Source: Camelus dromedarius
Lineage: Eukaryota
Assembly (NCBI RefSeq): GCF_036321535.1
Contig: NC_087437.1
Location: 78,742,001-78,806,000, forward strand
Direction of reading: 5' to 3'
DNA length: 64,000 nt
Part shown: positions 24,895-36,839 of the stretch, piece by piece
Numbering within the stretch: position 1 is the first letter of the stretch
Layout of the letters: each line of letters starts with the position of its first letter
Notes under the pieces: model-generated
Told to the model about the DNA's origin: nothing
The model's input: the letters and a program-made list of their open reading frames with translations, nothing else
The model's database searches: none
Translations under genes and position numbers: made by a program

Positions 24895-27213
24895 TTTTTT
24901 TAAGTTGTAGTATAGCTGATTTACAATATTGTGTTAGTTTGAGGTGTACACAAAGTGATTTGGTTTTATACATATAAAATATATATTCTTTTCAGATTTT
25001 TTCTATTATAGGCTATTACAAGATATTGAATATAATTCCCTGTGTTGTACAGTAGGTCCTTGTTGTTTATTTATTTTATATGTAGTGGTGTGTATCTATT
25101 AATCCCAAGCTCCTAATTTATACCTCCCTCCTCCTTCCCCTTTGGTAACCATAAGTTTGTTTTCTATGCCTGTTAGTCTGTTTCTGTTTTGTAAATAAGT
25201 TCATTTGTATCACTTTTTAGATTCCACATATAAGTGACATCACATGACATTTGTCTTTCTCTGTCTGACTTACTTCACTTAGTATGATAATCTGTATGTC
25301 CATCCATGTTGCTGCAAATGGCATTATTTAATTCTTTTTTATGACTGAGTAATCCATTGTATATATATACCATAACTTCTTTATCCATTAATCTGTTGAT
25401 GGGCATTTAAGTTGCTTCCATGTCTTGGCTACTGTAAATAATGCTGCTATGAACATCAGGACACATGTATTTTTTCAAATTAGAGTTTTCTATGGATACA
25501 TACCCAGAAGTGGGATTGCTGGCTCATATGGTAACTCTATTTTTAGTTTTTTAAGGAACCTCTATAGTGGCTGCACAATTTATATTCCTACCAACAGTGT
25601 GGAAGGGTTCCCTTTTCTCCACACTCTCTCCTATATTTATTATTTGTAGACTTTTTGATAGTAGCCATTGTGACTGGTGTGAGGTGATACCTCATTGTAG
25701 TTTTGATTTGCATTTCTCTAATAATTAGTGATGTTTAACATCTTTTCTTGTGCCTATTGGCCATCTGTATGTCTACTTTGGAGAAATGTCTGTTTAGGTG
25801 TTCTGCCCATTTTTTGATTGAGTTATTTTTATTTATTTATTTTTTTTGATATTGAGCAGTATGAGCTGTTTGTATATTTTGGAAATTGCTCCCTTGTTGG
25901 TTGCACTGTTTGCAAATATTTTCTCTCATTCTGTAGATCATCTTTTCTTTTTGTTTAGGATTCCTTTACTATACAAAAGCTTTTATGTTTAATTAGGTCC
26001 TAATTGTTTATTTTTGCTTTTATTTACATTACTCTAGGAGATCCACACAAATATTGCTGCAATTTATGTCAAAGAGTTTTCTGCCTGTGTTTTCCTCCAG
26101 AAGTTTTATAATATCTGGTCTTACATTTAGGTCTTTAATCCATTTTGAGTTTTTTATATGTAGTGTCAGAGAATGTTCTAACTTCATATTTTACATGTAG
26201 TTTCCAGTTTTCCTAGCACAATTTATTGAAGAGACTGTCTTTTCGTCTTTTCTACATTGTATATTTTTGCTTCCTTTGTCATAGATTAATTGACCATGAG
26301 TGTGTGGGTTTATTTCTGGGCTTTCTTTCCTGTTCCATTGATCTATGTGTCAATTGTGGTACGAATACTATACTTTTTTTTTTTAATTGAAGTACAGTCG
26401 ATTACAATGTGTCAGTTTCTGGTGTACAGCACCATGTCCCAGTCATGCAATTCGTAAATATCAAACTACCAGATTTATCCCTTCCCACCCACTTTCCCTG
26501 GTAACCATAAAATTGTTTACTATGTCTGTGAGTCTGTTTCTGTTTTGTGGATGAATTCATAGTGTCCTTTTTTTTTTTTATAAGATTCCATATGTGAGTG
26601 ATATCATACGGTATTTTTCTTTCTCTTTCTGGCTTACTTCACTTAGAATGATGATCTTTGGGTCCATTCACATTGCTGCAAATGGCATTATTTTATACTT
26701 TTTAAAGGCTGAGTAATATTCCATTGTACAAATATACTGTAACTTCTTTATCCAGTCATCTGTTGAGGAATCTTTAGGTTGCTTCCATGTCTTGGCTATT
26801 GTGGGTAGTGCTGCTATGAACATTGGGATGCATGTATCTTTTCAAATTAAAGTTCGCTCTGAATATATACCCAGAAATGGGATTGCTGGATCAGATAGTA
26901 CCATACTGTTTTGATTACTGTAGCTTTGCAGTATAATCTGAAGTCAGGGAGCATGATTCCTCCAACTCCATTCCTGTTTCTCAAGATTGTTTTGTCTATT
27001 TGGGGTCTTCTGTGTTTCCATATAAATTTTAAAACTATTTGTTCTAGTTCTGTGAAAAATGCCATTGATAATTTGATAGGGATTGTATTGAATCTGTGGA
27101 TTGCCTTGGATAGTATGGTCATTTTAATAATATTGATTCTTCCAATCAAAAGAACATGACATTTATCTTTCCATCTGTTTGTGTCTTCTTCAATTTATTT
27201 CATCAGCATCTTT
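24895..27213 (-). mobile_element. 5'-truncated LINE-1 (ORF2 3' part and 3'UTR) inserted in a MIR and itself interrupted by a second L1
   Basis: ORF 26847-27149(-) gives [26 protein letters not shown]...LPDFRLY (L1 ORF2p). T-tail at ~24895. Short TSD-like ATCATTTTT at both ends (~24891 and ~27215). Confidence 0.95.
26375..26896 (-). mobile_element. Nested L1 3' fragment (~520 bp)
   Basis: A new T-tail and L1 3'UTR begin in the middle of the host ORF2. Flanks AATACTATACT (26364-26374) and AGTACCATACT (26897-26907) form a degenerate TSD, and the host L1 resumes after it. Confidence 0.9.
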
Positions 27214-27214
27214 T

Positions 27215-27375
27215 ATCATTTTTAATGTAGGGTTAATATTAGTACTTATGTCAAAGAGCAATTGTGAGGTTTGGATAAGTTAATATGTATAATATATAGT
27301 TAATATATATAAAGCATTTAGAATGGTGCCGGGCACATATAAGCCCTATTGAAGTGTTAATAGTTACATCAATTA
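27215..27375 (+). mobile_element. MIR 3' half (its 5' piece lies at ~24870-24897)
   Basis: AATGTAGGGTTAATATTAGTACTTATGTCAAAGAGCAATTGTGAGG...AAAGCATTTAGAATGGTGCCGGGCACATATAAG matches the MIR 3' end. Confidence 0.75.
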
Positions 27376-29629
27376 TTATATTTATTATTTAATAATAATA
27401 ATGATTATTATTATCATTTCCTAAAATGAAGTACTTTTTACCCATAGTCAAATGCAAATAAAATAACATAAGTTCTCTTTTAAAGCAAGTGAATTTAGGT
27501 AGATGAAATATCCTGAAAAAAATGTATGCTTTGTATCCATTGGAAAAAGTCCTCTTACTCTTAAACAGAGAGTTAATATATATATGTATTATATGTATAA
27601 ATATCCATAGTATGCATCTCTATAATTACAGCAATACAAAGAATCCCAACCCAGATGCAAAACATCCTGATAACTTGTACCACAGAGGAAAGGTCTTAAC
27701 ATCTATATCAGATGATTGATTTTGAAGACACTTAATGCTGTAATTTTACTCTAAGTTAATTTTCTGTGTCTTCATTTGGAGGTAAATGGTTAGAATATTG
27801 TCAACACTTGCAATTTTAACTGAAATTTTTAGTTGTCAAAATTTCCAGTCAGTTAGAGCTCATTCAAAAGATACTATTTTTTTTGAGTAAAGCAACTCTA
27901 TTTTCCCTTCTTTTTTTACATTAAATACTTTTTGATATAGTTAACTTTAGTCATGCTATATAAATATACAAATATTATTGCCAATGAATAACTGAATGAT
28001 TACACTGAAAATTGGAAATACTTAGTGTTTAGTGTTTGTTTATGTCTTGACAATGAAAAACATACAATGTAGAACAGAATTTGCCTTTCCATTTCATTTT
28101 CAAGAGCATAGGAGGGCCAGAATTCAGTAAGTAGGGCTACTGAGGAGGTTATTACCTCTACACACCAGGACAAATATTTCCAATTTTATTTTTAAGTTAC
28201 ATGGAGATGTTCAAGTAGCTTGACTCAGGTATGATTTCTTCATTATATTTTTCCCATTTCTGAAATCATGCTCTCCTTATTAAACTTTAACAACTTGCTG
28301 CTTTCCTCTGTCCCTAAAATTGTGAGATTCTATGGCTTTTTACAATAATTTTGCTTTATATTGGGCAGAATTATAATCCTGTTAATTTTGGAGTATTTCT
28401 ATCTTCCTCAAAATGTATAGTATTTTTATATTTTATCATTTTCAGGTTATCAGAAAGTGGTTTTTTTCCCACTGCTTAGGGGAAATAGGAATATAGTTAG
28501 CCTGTGCAAGACCGCTGGAATAACATACATTGCAGCAAATTTAGGAGGTGAAGCAGGAGCCAGATTTGGGGCCTGCAATTTACCAGTGAGTCTTCTTAAA
28601 AAAGTAAGCTGTCTGTGTTTTTCTACTTCTTACAAGTTAAGTTATCATTATATCATTTTCTATTTGTGTTTTTTTAATGTTTTTAAAAGGATATCAAAAC
28701 TTCCAATATATGATGCCTGATTTCTGATATCTCATGCCGTCTTGTTAAAATACTCATGAAAACATAAACATAGATTCAAGAGATTTAACTGCCCAGGAAT
28801 ATAGTTATATTGGTCAATTATATGCCAGAAACCATGAGAAAATTTTATTCAGTGAGGTTGAAACTGTGGACTCAGGCAGAAAAGTGATGGAGCCCAAGCA
28901 ACATTCTGTAGAAAATTGTAAATCTTCCTACTTTCACATATCATCATTATATCAAAGTACTTTCCCCAACTGAAAGGAGGTGAGGCTCTTCACTAATGTT
29001 CACAATTAGTTTCCCAGATAATTAGGGCTTTTTCACCCTCTATTATATATCATTATTACCTCTCTTCTACAACAAACATGTAAGTGTAAATCTTAGAATT
29101 GTTGCCTAGGCAATTACTGAAGTGAAGAATGAGTGAAGTTGCACATTGGGGGAAGTTAGCAAAAGTAAAGTACTAACCCTCAAAGAGCCATTACTTTATC
29201 AGAGGGACATGTTTTGCCCTCCATTTATTCTCTAATATATTGAAATGCCAGACACAAGCTCCTTCAAATTACAGGCCTTATAATATCATGCAAATGGAAA
29301 GTAAGTATCTGCTTAAGTCATCACATTCCCAGGAGCTAAGTGATTTAAAACAAAAACATAAGAAACTTGGCTAGGGGATATGCATAAAATAGAGCCTTCT
29401 AGTCAAAGATGTGAGAGGAAGATTTTAACAATAAATAGGTAAACAGGGAAGAAAGACCAAAGAAATTTTCACTTTATTCTTTAGCAATAGATTGCAGACC
29501 TGAATAAGTCTACTCTCATTTAAGAATCAGTAACACCCATGAAATATCCCTAACTTAAAAAGCAGCTTCCAACCAGGGATAAAGAGCTTACTTTTCACAA
29601 GTGTATCATGTGGAAATTAGCAGTAATGT

Positions 29630-29730
29630 TTTTTCTTTTTTAAATTGAAGTATAGTCGATTTACAGTGTTATGTTATTTCTGGTGTACAGCATAGTGATT
29701 CATTTGTGTGTGTGTATATATATATATATT
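29630..29730 (-). mobile_element. Short L1 3'-end fragment
   Basis: TTTTTAAATTGAAGTATAGTCGATTTACAGTGTTATG...GGTGTACAGCATAGTGATTC, the same motif as the other L1 tails in this window. Confidence 0.8.
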
Positions 29731-29803
29731 ACTTAAAGTGGGTAATTTGTAGTCTAAATAACAGTGAAGCATATATTGGAGCACACACTGGAGTCCAAAC
29801 CTC

Positions 29804-30216
29804 TGTAATGGACGTTGAAGAGCACTACCAGATTGCCCCTCAGGAAGGAGGCACTTACCTCCCCAGCCTACAGCAGTGTTGCCTCTCGGTAGTCCATGAC
29901 TAGGTCTCTTCCTAGAACCCTGCCCAAAGAATCTGCTTCTTTGAAGGATGCACCGTCTTCGGGAGTCAGCCCATACCTAATGAGTGATCCATGCAAGAGT
30001 ATAAAGATTCATCCTGTTTACCTCAGTTAGGCAATTTTGAAGGGCCCTCTCATCCTCAGAAATCTCTGTGGGATCAAATGAGTTCTTTAATGCAACTCTT
30101 CCTTGCCTCTTCTGCTTCCCTCTTTTCATTGCAGTTTCTAAGTGTCTTCCCCATTAAACTTCATGGACACAAATCTCCCTCTCAGTCTGTTTCCCAGGAA
30201 ACCAGACTTAACAACA
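29804..30216 (+). mobile_element. LTR16-like ERVL LTR (5' LTR)
   Basis: TGTAATGG...ACAACA termini, ATTAAA signal and CAAATCTCCCTCTCAGTCTGTTTCCCAGGAAACC end motif, followed by a PBS. Confidence 0.75.
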
Positions 30217-30218
30217 GT

Positions 30219-30236
30219 TGGTGCCAGAAGTGGTTC
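30219..30236 (+). promoter_or_regulatory. Primer-binding site, tRNA-Leu type (ERVL)
   Basis: TGGTGCCAGAAGTGGTTC directly after the LTR resembles the Leu PBS TGGTGTCAGAAGTGGGAT. Confidence 0.7.
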
Positions 30237-32020
30237 CAGGAAACACACTGCAAAATGGGTTTTGGGGGATGAATTGCCTCCTGATTGCCTACTTCTGTAG
30301 AAATGCAATTGTTGGGAGTTTTAAAGGTGTTAAGTGTAGATGATATACTAGGGAAAGTGAATGTGCCTTGGAGGTGAAATATATGTCTCCAGAATTATGG
30401 GGAAAAGTTATTTTGAGGACTGTAGAATTGGTTGGTTATTGATAGGGGCAATAGATGTTTTAGTAAAAAAAATGTGATAAAAGGCTGAGGGTGATTATTT
30501 AGCAATTAAAGGCTAAGTATGAAAGTCAGAAGACCTCCTTGGCAATATAAAAAGGGAATCTCACTTCTTCCAACTAGAGGGCAGAAAAGTAGAGTACTAA
30601 GTCAAAGACTTTATCATAACAGTAGCAGATCTCCAGAGTTGGTTAAATTATCAGGCCCAAAAGTCTATGTAGACCAGGAAGGAATTGGATACTGAGACAT
30701 AGTATAGGTCATTACCCTTGAAAATCTTGAACAGTCACTTTCCTTTAATCTTCTGTGCTTGAGCAAGTAGCCCATTCCTCACTGCTAACATCTACTGCTG
30801 CATTTCTCTAAAGATGGTTATGTAGTTGCTTTACAAAGAGCACGGTCTTGGGATATACTATTTACCAAAATGCAAAGGACTCCAGGACATGGTACTAACA
30901 TACTGTTAGGATGACTCTTGGAAACAGAGAAGATAATCGTCCCTGTTATGTGAATTAAAAATGCCAGCATTAGAAGAGGTAAAAAACCTCAGCAGTTGGC
31001 ATTAAGTCAGAAGAACTTGATGTAGCACATCAAAGCCCACCAGATCCCATTCTCCCCAGAAGAGGCACTAACAACCAAGTAGACAAATGACTCAGCTAGT
31101 TGATATCAGTCAGCTCTGCCATCAGCCTCCTCAGTACTGACATAATGGACACATGAGTGCATTAGTCGTAGTGGCAGGAATGGTAACTGTTCTTGAACCA
31201 GTGGGCTTCCACTCACTGGTTACTGCTCTAGTTCCTGCTGTTGGTGCATGTCCAATTTGTCATCAACAGACTGACATCAAACTCTTGATATGGTACCATC
31301 TCTATAGGATATCAACCATATATGGCCAAGATTCGATTACTTTGTACCCCTGCATGTCTGGAAAAGGCAGAGATGCATCTTAACTGAAATATGCCTGTAT
31401 TCTTGGTGTGAATTTGCCTATCCTGCCCATATAGCCTCAGACAACTCTACTATTTGAGGCTTCCAAAATGTTTGATCCACGAGTTCAGGAACCACCATAA
31501 CATTTCATCAATTCAAGCATTTGACTTTATAGCAAAGGATTTGCAGTAGTAGTCACATGACTATGGCATGTACCTACTGGTTCTATCTAATACCAAACTG
31601 TTAGAGCACTGGAATGGCTTATAGAAGGTTAAACTGAAGCAAAAGCCTTGAGATGATACCCTGAGAAGATGGGGTGTCATCCTTCAAAATGTAGTAAAAC
31701 CTAAATCAATGGCCATTGATATGGTGCTGTATCCTTAATAATAAATGACAAGACTGGAAACTAAGAGATGGAAATAAGAGTGACACCACTGAACATCAGT
31801 GCAATTCCATCATTGAAGGAATTAGATCAGCAAGTAAGGAATGGAGTTGTCATTTTACCAGGATAATTTATCCTGATCTTCTGAAGGAGGTAGAGTTGCT
31901 GTTACATTCTCAGGGTACATACTTTGAACCCAGAATATCCACTGGGGAATCTTGTATTACTGCCTAAAGTTTGATGATAAATGGATAAGTGAAGTAGCTA
32001 TAGCCTGAGAAGTACATTGT
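30237..32020 (+). mobile_element. Degraded ERVL internal region (ERV3-16A3-like; gag and integrase remnants)
   Basis: HIKAHQ-like motif near 31027 and integrase zinc-finger CPICHQQ at 31249-31269 (ORF 31153-31383). Confidence 0.7.
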
Positions 32021-32024
32021 ATCT

Positions 32025-32080
32025 ACTATGAATTGAATGTTTGCACTCTCTCCAAATTCATATGTTGAAATACTAGCCAA
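32025..32080 (+). mobile_element. MLT1 LTR 5' stub
   Basis: TACTATGAATTGAATGTTTGCACTCTCTCCAAATTCATATGTTGAAATACTA matches the MLT1A/B start. Confidence 0.6.
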
Positions 32081-32089
32081 GATGTGCCC

Positions 32090-34610
32090 CCTAACCATAC
32101 ACCAGATTTGTTGATGTTGGCACCTATGACCTCATAGAGAGTTCTTTACAATTAGTTGATAGAGGAAAGAAGACATGGGCTGGTTAACACATAGTTCTGC
32201 ATGATGTGCAGGCACCAGTAGACTGTGGACAGCTGTAACACTACAGCCCCTTTTTGTGTATCCTTGAGGGACAGTGGTGAAGGGGTATCTCCCATTGGGC
32301 AGAACTTCAAGCGTGGTTGTTCACTTTGCTTGGAAGGAGAAATGGTCAGTCATGAAATTTTGTACTGATTCATGAGCTGTGGCCATTGGTTTGGATAGGT
32401 GGTTAAAGACTTAGATGATCATGATTGGAAAATAAGTGACAGGAAAATTTGGTGAAGAGGTATGTGTATAGGCCTAAATGAGCAAATAAAATATCAAGAT
32501 TTTTTGTGTACCATATGAATGTTCATCAAAGAATGACCTTAGCAGAGGAGGATTTTAAAAATCAGGAGATAAGATAATGCGTTTCATGAATACTAGTTAG
32601 CCTCTTTCCCCAGCACAGAGCTCATGAACAAAATGACCAAGGTGTCAGAGATGGAGGTTATGCATAGGCTCAGCATGGACTCCCACTCACTAAGGCTGAT
32701 TTGCCTATGGTCCCTGCTGAATGCTGAGTCTGCCAGCAGCAGAGACCAATATTGAACCATGTTGGTTGGATATGGCACCATTCCCCAGGGTGATCAGCTA
32801 GCTATTAGCTGACAAGTTAATTACATTGGATAGCGTTCATTATGGGAAGGGCAACATTTTATTCTTACTGAACTAGATAGTTGCTCTCTATGTGAATTTG
32901 CCTTCCCTGCATATAATGCTTCTGCCAAAATAATCATCCACAGACTTACAAAATGCTTTATTTACTGATATGTCATTTTACACAGCATTACTTCTGATCA
33001 AGGAAGTTATTTCACAGTAAAAAATAATTGTGGCAGTGATCCTATGCTTGTGGAATTCACTGGGCTTACCATGCTCCCCACTATTCTGTGGCTACAGTTT
33101 TGATAGAGCAATGGAAGGCCTTTTGAAGACTGAGTTACAGCCCCAGCCAGGTGGCTATATCTTGCAGACCTGGGAAGGGTTCTCCAGAAGGCTGTGTATG
33201 CTCTGAATCAGTGTCTAATATATGGTGCTGTTTCTCCTATAGCCAGGATTCATAGGCCAAGGATGGAAATGAGAGTGGCATCACTCACTATTATCTGTCA
33301 CAATCTACTAGAAAAATGTTTGCTTCTTGTTCCCTGGCCTTATGCTTTGCTGGCCTAGAGATCTCAGTTCTGGAGGAAGGAATATTTCTGCCAGAAGACA
33401 TAACTATGATTCCACTGAACTGGAAGATAAGACCACTGCTGGCTACTTTGGACGCTTCACATCTCTGAATAAACAGGCACAGAAAGGGTTGCTGTGCTGG
33501 CTAAGCTAATTGATCCTGACTACCAAGAGGAAGTTTGACTGTTACTCCTCAGTGAGGGTAAGGAAAAGTATATCTGAAATACAGGAGCTCTCTTAGGGTA
33601 TCTCAGTATTACCATGCCCTGTGAATAAGGTCAATAGAAAATGACAACAACACAGTCCAGACAAGACCAGACACTTCAGTAATAAAGTTCTTGATCTCTC
33701 TTCCAAGTAAAGAACCATAACCAGTTAAGCTGCTTGCTGAAAGCAAAGGAAAAACAGACTGGGTAGTGGAGGAAGGTGGTTATAAAGATCAGCTATTGTA
33801 TCACATGGCCAGTTACAAAAAGGAGGACTGTAGTTGTCATGAGTATTTGCTCTTTATTTTGCTGTAGATATGTATGTGTGTGTATGCGTGTGTTTTACAC
33901 AAATATCTTTGTTTCTTTCCTCTCTTATTTCCTTAATATGTATCATAAGATGTCTGTACTTTTATAGGGGAGGAAAAATAATTTTTCCTCTACCTTTCTA
34001 GGTTCTTATGGCTGATACCCCCCTATAATAAAAGATAGATTAAAAGAGAAAATAAAACAGACATTTAATGACAGATATAACTTATATATTCATGGGAGAA
34101 ACCAAAAAAAACTGAGTGAAACTTTCTGAAATGGCTCAAGCCACCACTTAAAATACCATCCTTAGTTAAGACAAAAGAAAGATGTTGGGGTTAGTGGAGC
34201 AATTATGAAAGGTTATCAGTAAAAGCACAGTAAACAAGGGTAAGATTGTTATGCAGGTTTAAGCCTGTGCCTTCTTCATTGATAAAAGTTGCCTGTGTAT
34301 TAGAGTCATCCTTTTCTTCCTAGTACGGAGAATTAGACACTTGTACAAATGGAGATTTCCTTTATAAATTTCCCTCACAAAAGGGCAACTTATACTCTGT
34401 TTTCGTAGATTCTCCTGTGTCTGCAGTTCTCAGAAACAGTCAGCTCAAATCAGTCCTTATACCAAAAAGGCATACTTTGGGATGGCATATTCTGCTATCC
34501 TTCTCTTTATATCATAATGTTAAAATATTGTTAATTTTACATCATAGTATTTAGGTTACAGGATATCAAAGAGGAGAGTGAACATCACTCAGGGAATTTA
34601 CCTCTTCTCT
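32090..34610 (+). mobile_element. ERVL (MLT2-associated) pol remnant: RNase H, integrase and dUTPase-like region; interrupted by a solo LTR
   Basis: Degenerate WTAVTLQP, YTDS*AVAIGL, EC*VCQQQRPIL (~32719-32755) and PLNWK motifs typical of ERVL Pol. Confidence 0.85.
33963..34504 (-). mobile_element. MER41-like ERV1 solo LTR inserted in ERVL
   Basis: T(A)TAGGGGAGGAAAAATAATTTTTCCTCTACC...GGCATATTCTGCTATCCTTCT with a 4-bp TSD CTTT (33959-33962 and 34505-34508). The ERVL sequence resumes after it. Confidence 0.75.
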
Positions 34611-34850
34611 GCCTGACTGTCTCAGTTTGGGACATTGGTCTTCTCCTGCCTTTGGACTTGACTCAGAGTGGAACTCTTCCCTATCAAGTATCATAAGATG
34701 TATTATGTACATCTCCAGCTGGAGATGTATGTATCTTCAGCTTGTCTGTTACAGATCTGGGACTCCTTAGAGTCAACAGACAATTTTATAACTATATAAT
34801 ATATATATTATTCTATTTGTTCTGTTTCTTTTGAAAGCTCAGACTAATGC
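34611..34850 (+). mobile_element. MLT2-like 3' LTR fragment of the ERVL
   Basis: GGGACATTGGTCTTCTCCTGCCTTTGGACT...TTGTTCTGTTTCTTTTGAAAGCTCAGACTAATGCA matches the MLT2 terminus. Confidence 0.75.
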
Positions 34851-35254
34851 ACGTAGGATTCATTATTATACTCTAATTCACTTATTTGTGAAGATCTAGT
34901 AATTATTTAGAGAAGGATAATTCCAAATGCTAGAGTAATAAATAAGTTAGAATCATTGTGTAATGTCCACATTCCTAAATTATGTTGTGATAACTTATAC
35001 TCTGGGAGCTTTCAGTTAATCAGTCAGGGCAAATTATCTAAAAACTATAGTTATTCAATGAATATAATAAATTGTTATAGACATTTGACATACTATCCTT
35101 GAAAGAGGTCAGTAACTTTTTATTTTAATTGTGAAATATTTATTTCCAATATTGTTAATTTTTCAGTCACTGTATTGGTTAGACCTTTTTTTTTTCAGAT
35201 ATAATGAAAAATCCATAATCAACTGGCTTAAACAAGGTTGGATTTAAAATCCCA

Positions 35255-36728
35255 CATTCTGACAATTTTAATATAATGTATATTGGAGAAGGTCTTTTTG
35301 TATTGAGGTAATTAGGTGTTCTCTTAGCTTCATGGACGTGTATATCTAGTTCCTTCCCTAGTTTGGAAAGTTTGCGTCTATTATTTCTTTAAATAAACTC
35401 TCTGTTCCCTTTTCCCTCTCTTCTCTTTCTGGGGTATCCATTACCCTAATGTTGCCCTTCCTAAAATGGTCGGATAACTTGTAGAATTTCCTCATTTAAA
35501 AAATATTTCTCTTTTCTCTTTACTTGTATTATTTCTAGATTCCTATCTTTGAACTTGCTTATTCTCTCTTCTATATGGTCTGTTTTATTTCCTTTCTAAT
35601 GCTCTACTGCAATCTTTATCTTGTTTATTGAGTTCTTTGCTCAGAATTTCTGTTTGGTCTTTTTGGTTTTTTTTTTCCTTTGGTAAAGTGTTCCTTCTGT
35701 TTGTTAATTTTATTCCTGAGTTCATCAAATTGCCTTTCAGAGTTTTCTTGTAGCTTGTTTATTTTCTTCATGAAAGGTCTTTTGAATTCTCTATCAGTTA
35801 TATCATAATATTTCATGACTGTAAGTTTGGTTTCTGCAGAATTATTATCTTCTTTTTGTGCTGTAGTGCTTCTGTGATTCTTCATGGTGCTTAATGAATT
35901 GTTCCTCTGCCGGTGCATTTGAGTTAGTGAACATCTTTTTGATCTATTCCAAGGATTCAGCAGACTAGAAATTGGAGGTGCTTCTTTTGTTTCCCAGTAG
36001 GTGGCAATATAGCACAAATTTTAGTGTTCTGTTACCTAAGATGCCTCTGGTTATATTTGAGAGCATGCACATGCCCTCCACCATATCTGTCAGAGATATG
36101 ATCCTGTGCCCTCATTAAGGCTTCTTATGTGTCTGGGGTCCTTGGTGCCTTGCTTCTGCCAGTGTCTTGGCATCTCTGCCTGGTGCACTGGGATGGTGGG
36201 CTCTTCTCTCACACCTGGGATCCCCTGAGTTGCAGCCTCCACTGCTGCAAGTGTTGGTTGCTGGCTGAGGAGGGAGCTGGCATTGCACAGCACCACTGCT
36301 ATGTCTGGTGTTGTAAAGTTCACGGGCTCCAATGCTGCAGGCAGTGTCCTGAAACATGGGCTCCTTAGCTGCTGAAGGGATAGGGTCCCAGATCTCACTA
36401 CCACTGCTGTCCAGTTACCTGTGTCCTCAGGTGCTGCTATGGCTATGAGGCTGAATTTGTGTGCTCCAACTCTACTGATAATGCCAGTTTCTCTGGGGAT
36501 ATAGGGTCAGCTACTGTAGCTGGAGGGCCAGGGATTGGTGGCTTCCTCCTTTCTTCTCTCATTTCCATCTCCTCTACCCACCAGATATACAGATATGTGG
36601 AATTCCCAGTCATCCCAGTGTGTTGGGCAGAGGCACCTTTGAAGCATTGTGGAGGTTCTACTGGTTTTAGAGTGAAGGGGAGACAAATGTAGCTTTTCAC
36701 TCCACCATGTTACTGACATCACTCTGTC
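35255..36728 (-). mobile_element. LINE-1 5' portion (5'UTR and ORF1), 3' part missing
   Basis: ORF 35625-36017(-) MKNH...ITDREFKRPFMKKINKLQENSERQFDELRNKINKQKE is the ORF1p coiled coil. The 5' end reads GAGTGATGTCAGTAACATGGTGGAG, an L1 start motif. Confidence 0.85.
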
Positions 36729-36839
36729 TATTTTTAATTTTGTTGTCTGTGCCTTTGGTGCCATATCCAAGAAATCATTGCCAAATCAAATGTCATGAAG
36801 ATTTTTGACCTATATTTTCTTCTAAGAGTATTATCTCTT

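Noticed and set aside
36090..36770. Cluster of overlapping 80-100 aa ORFs
   Set aside because: They lie in the GC-richer L1 5'UTR and resemble no protein I recognise.
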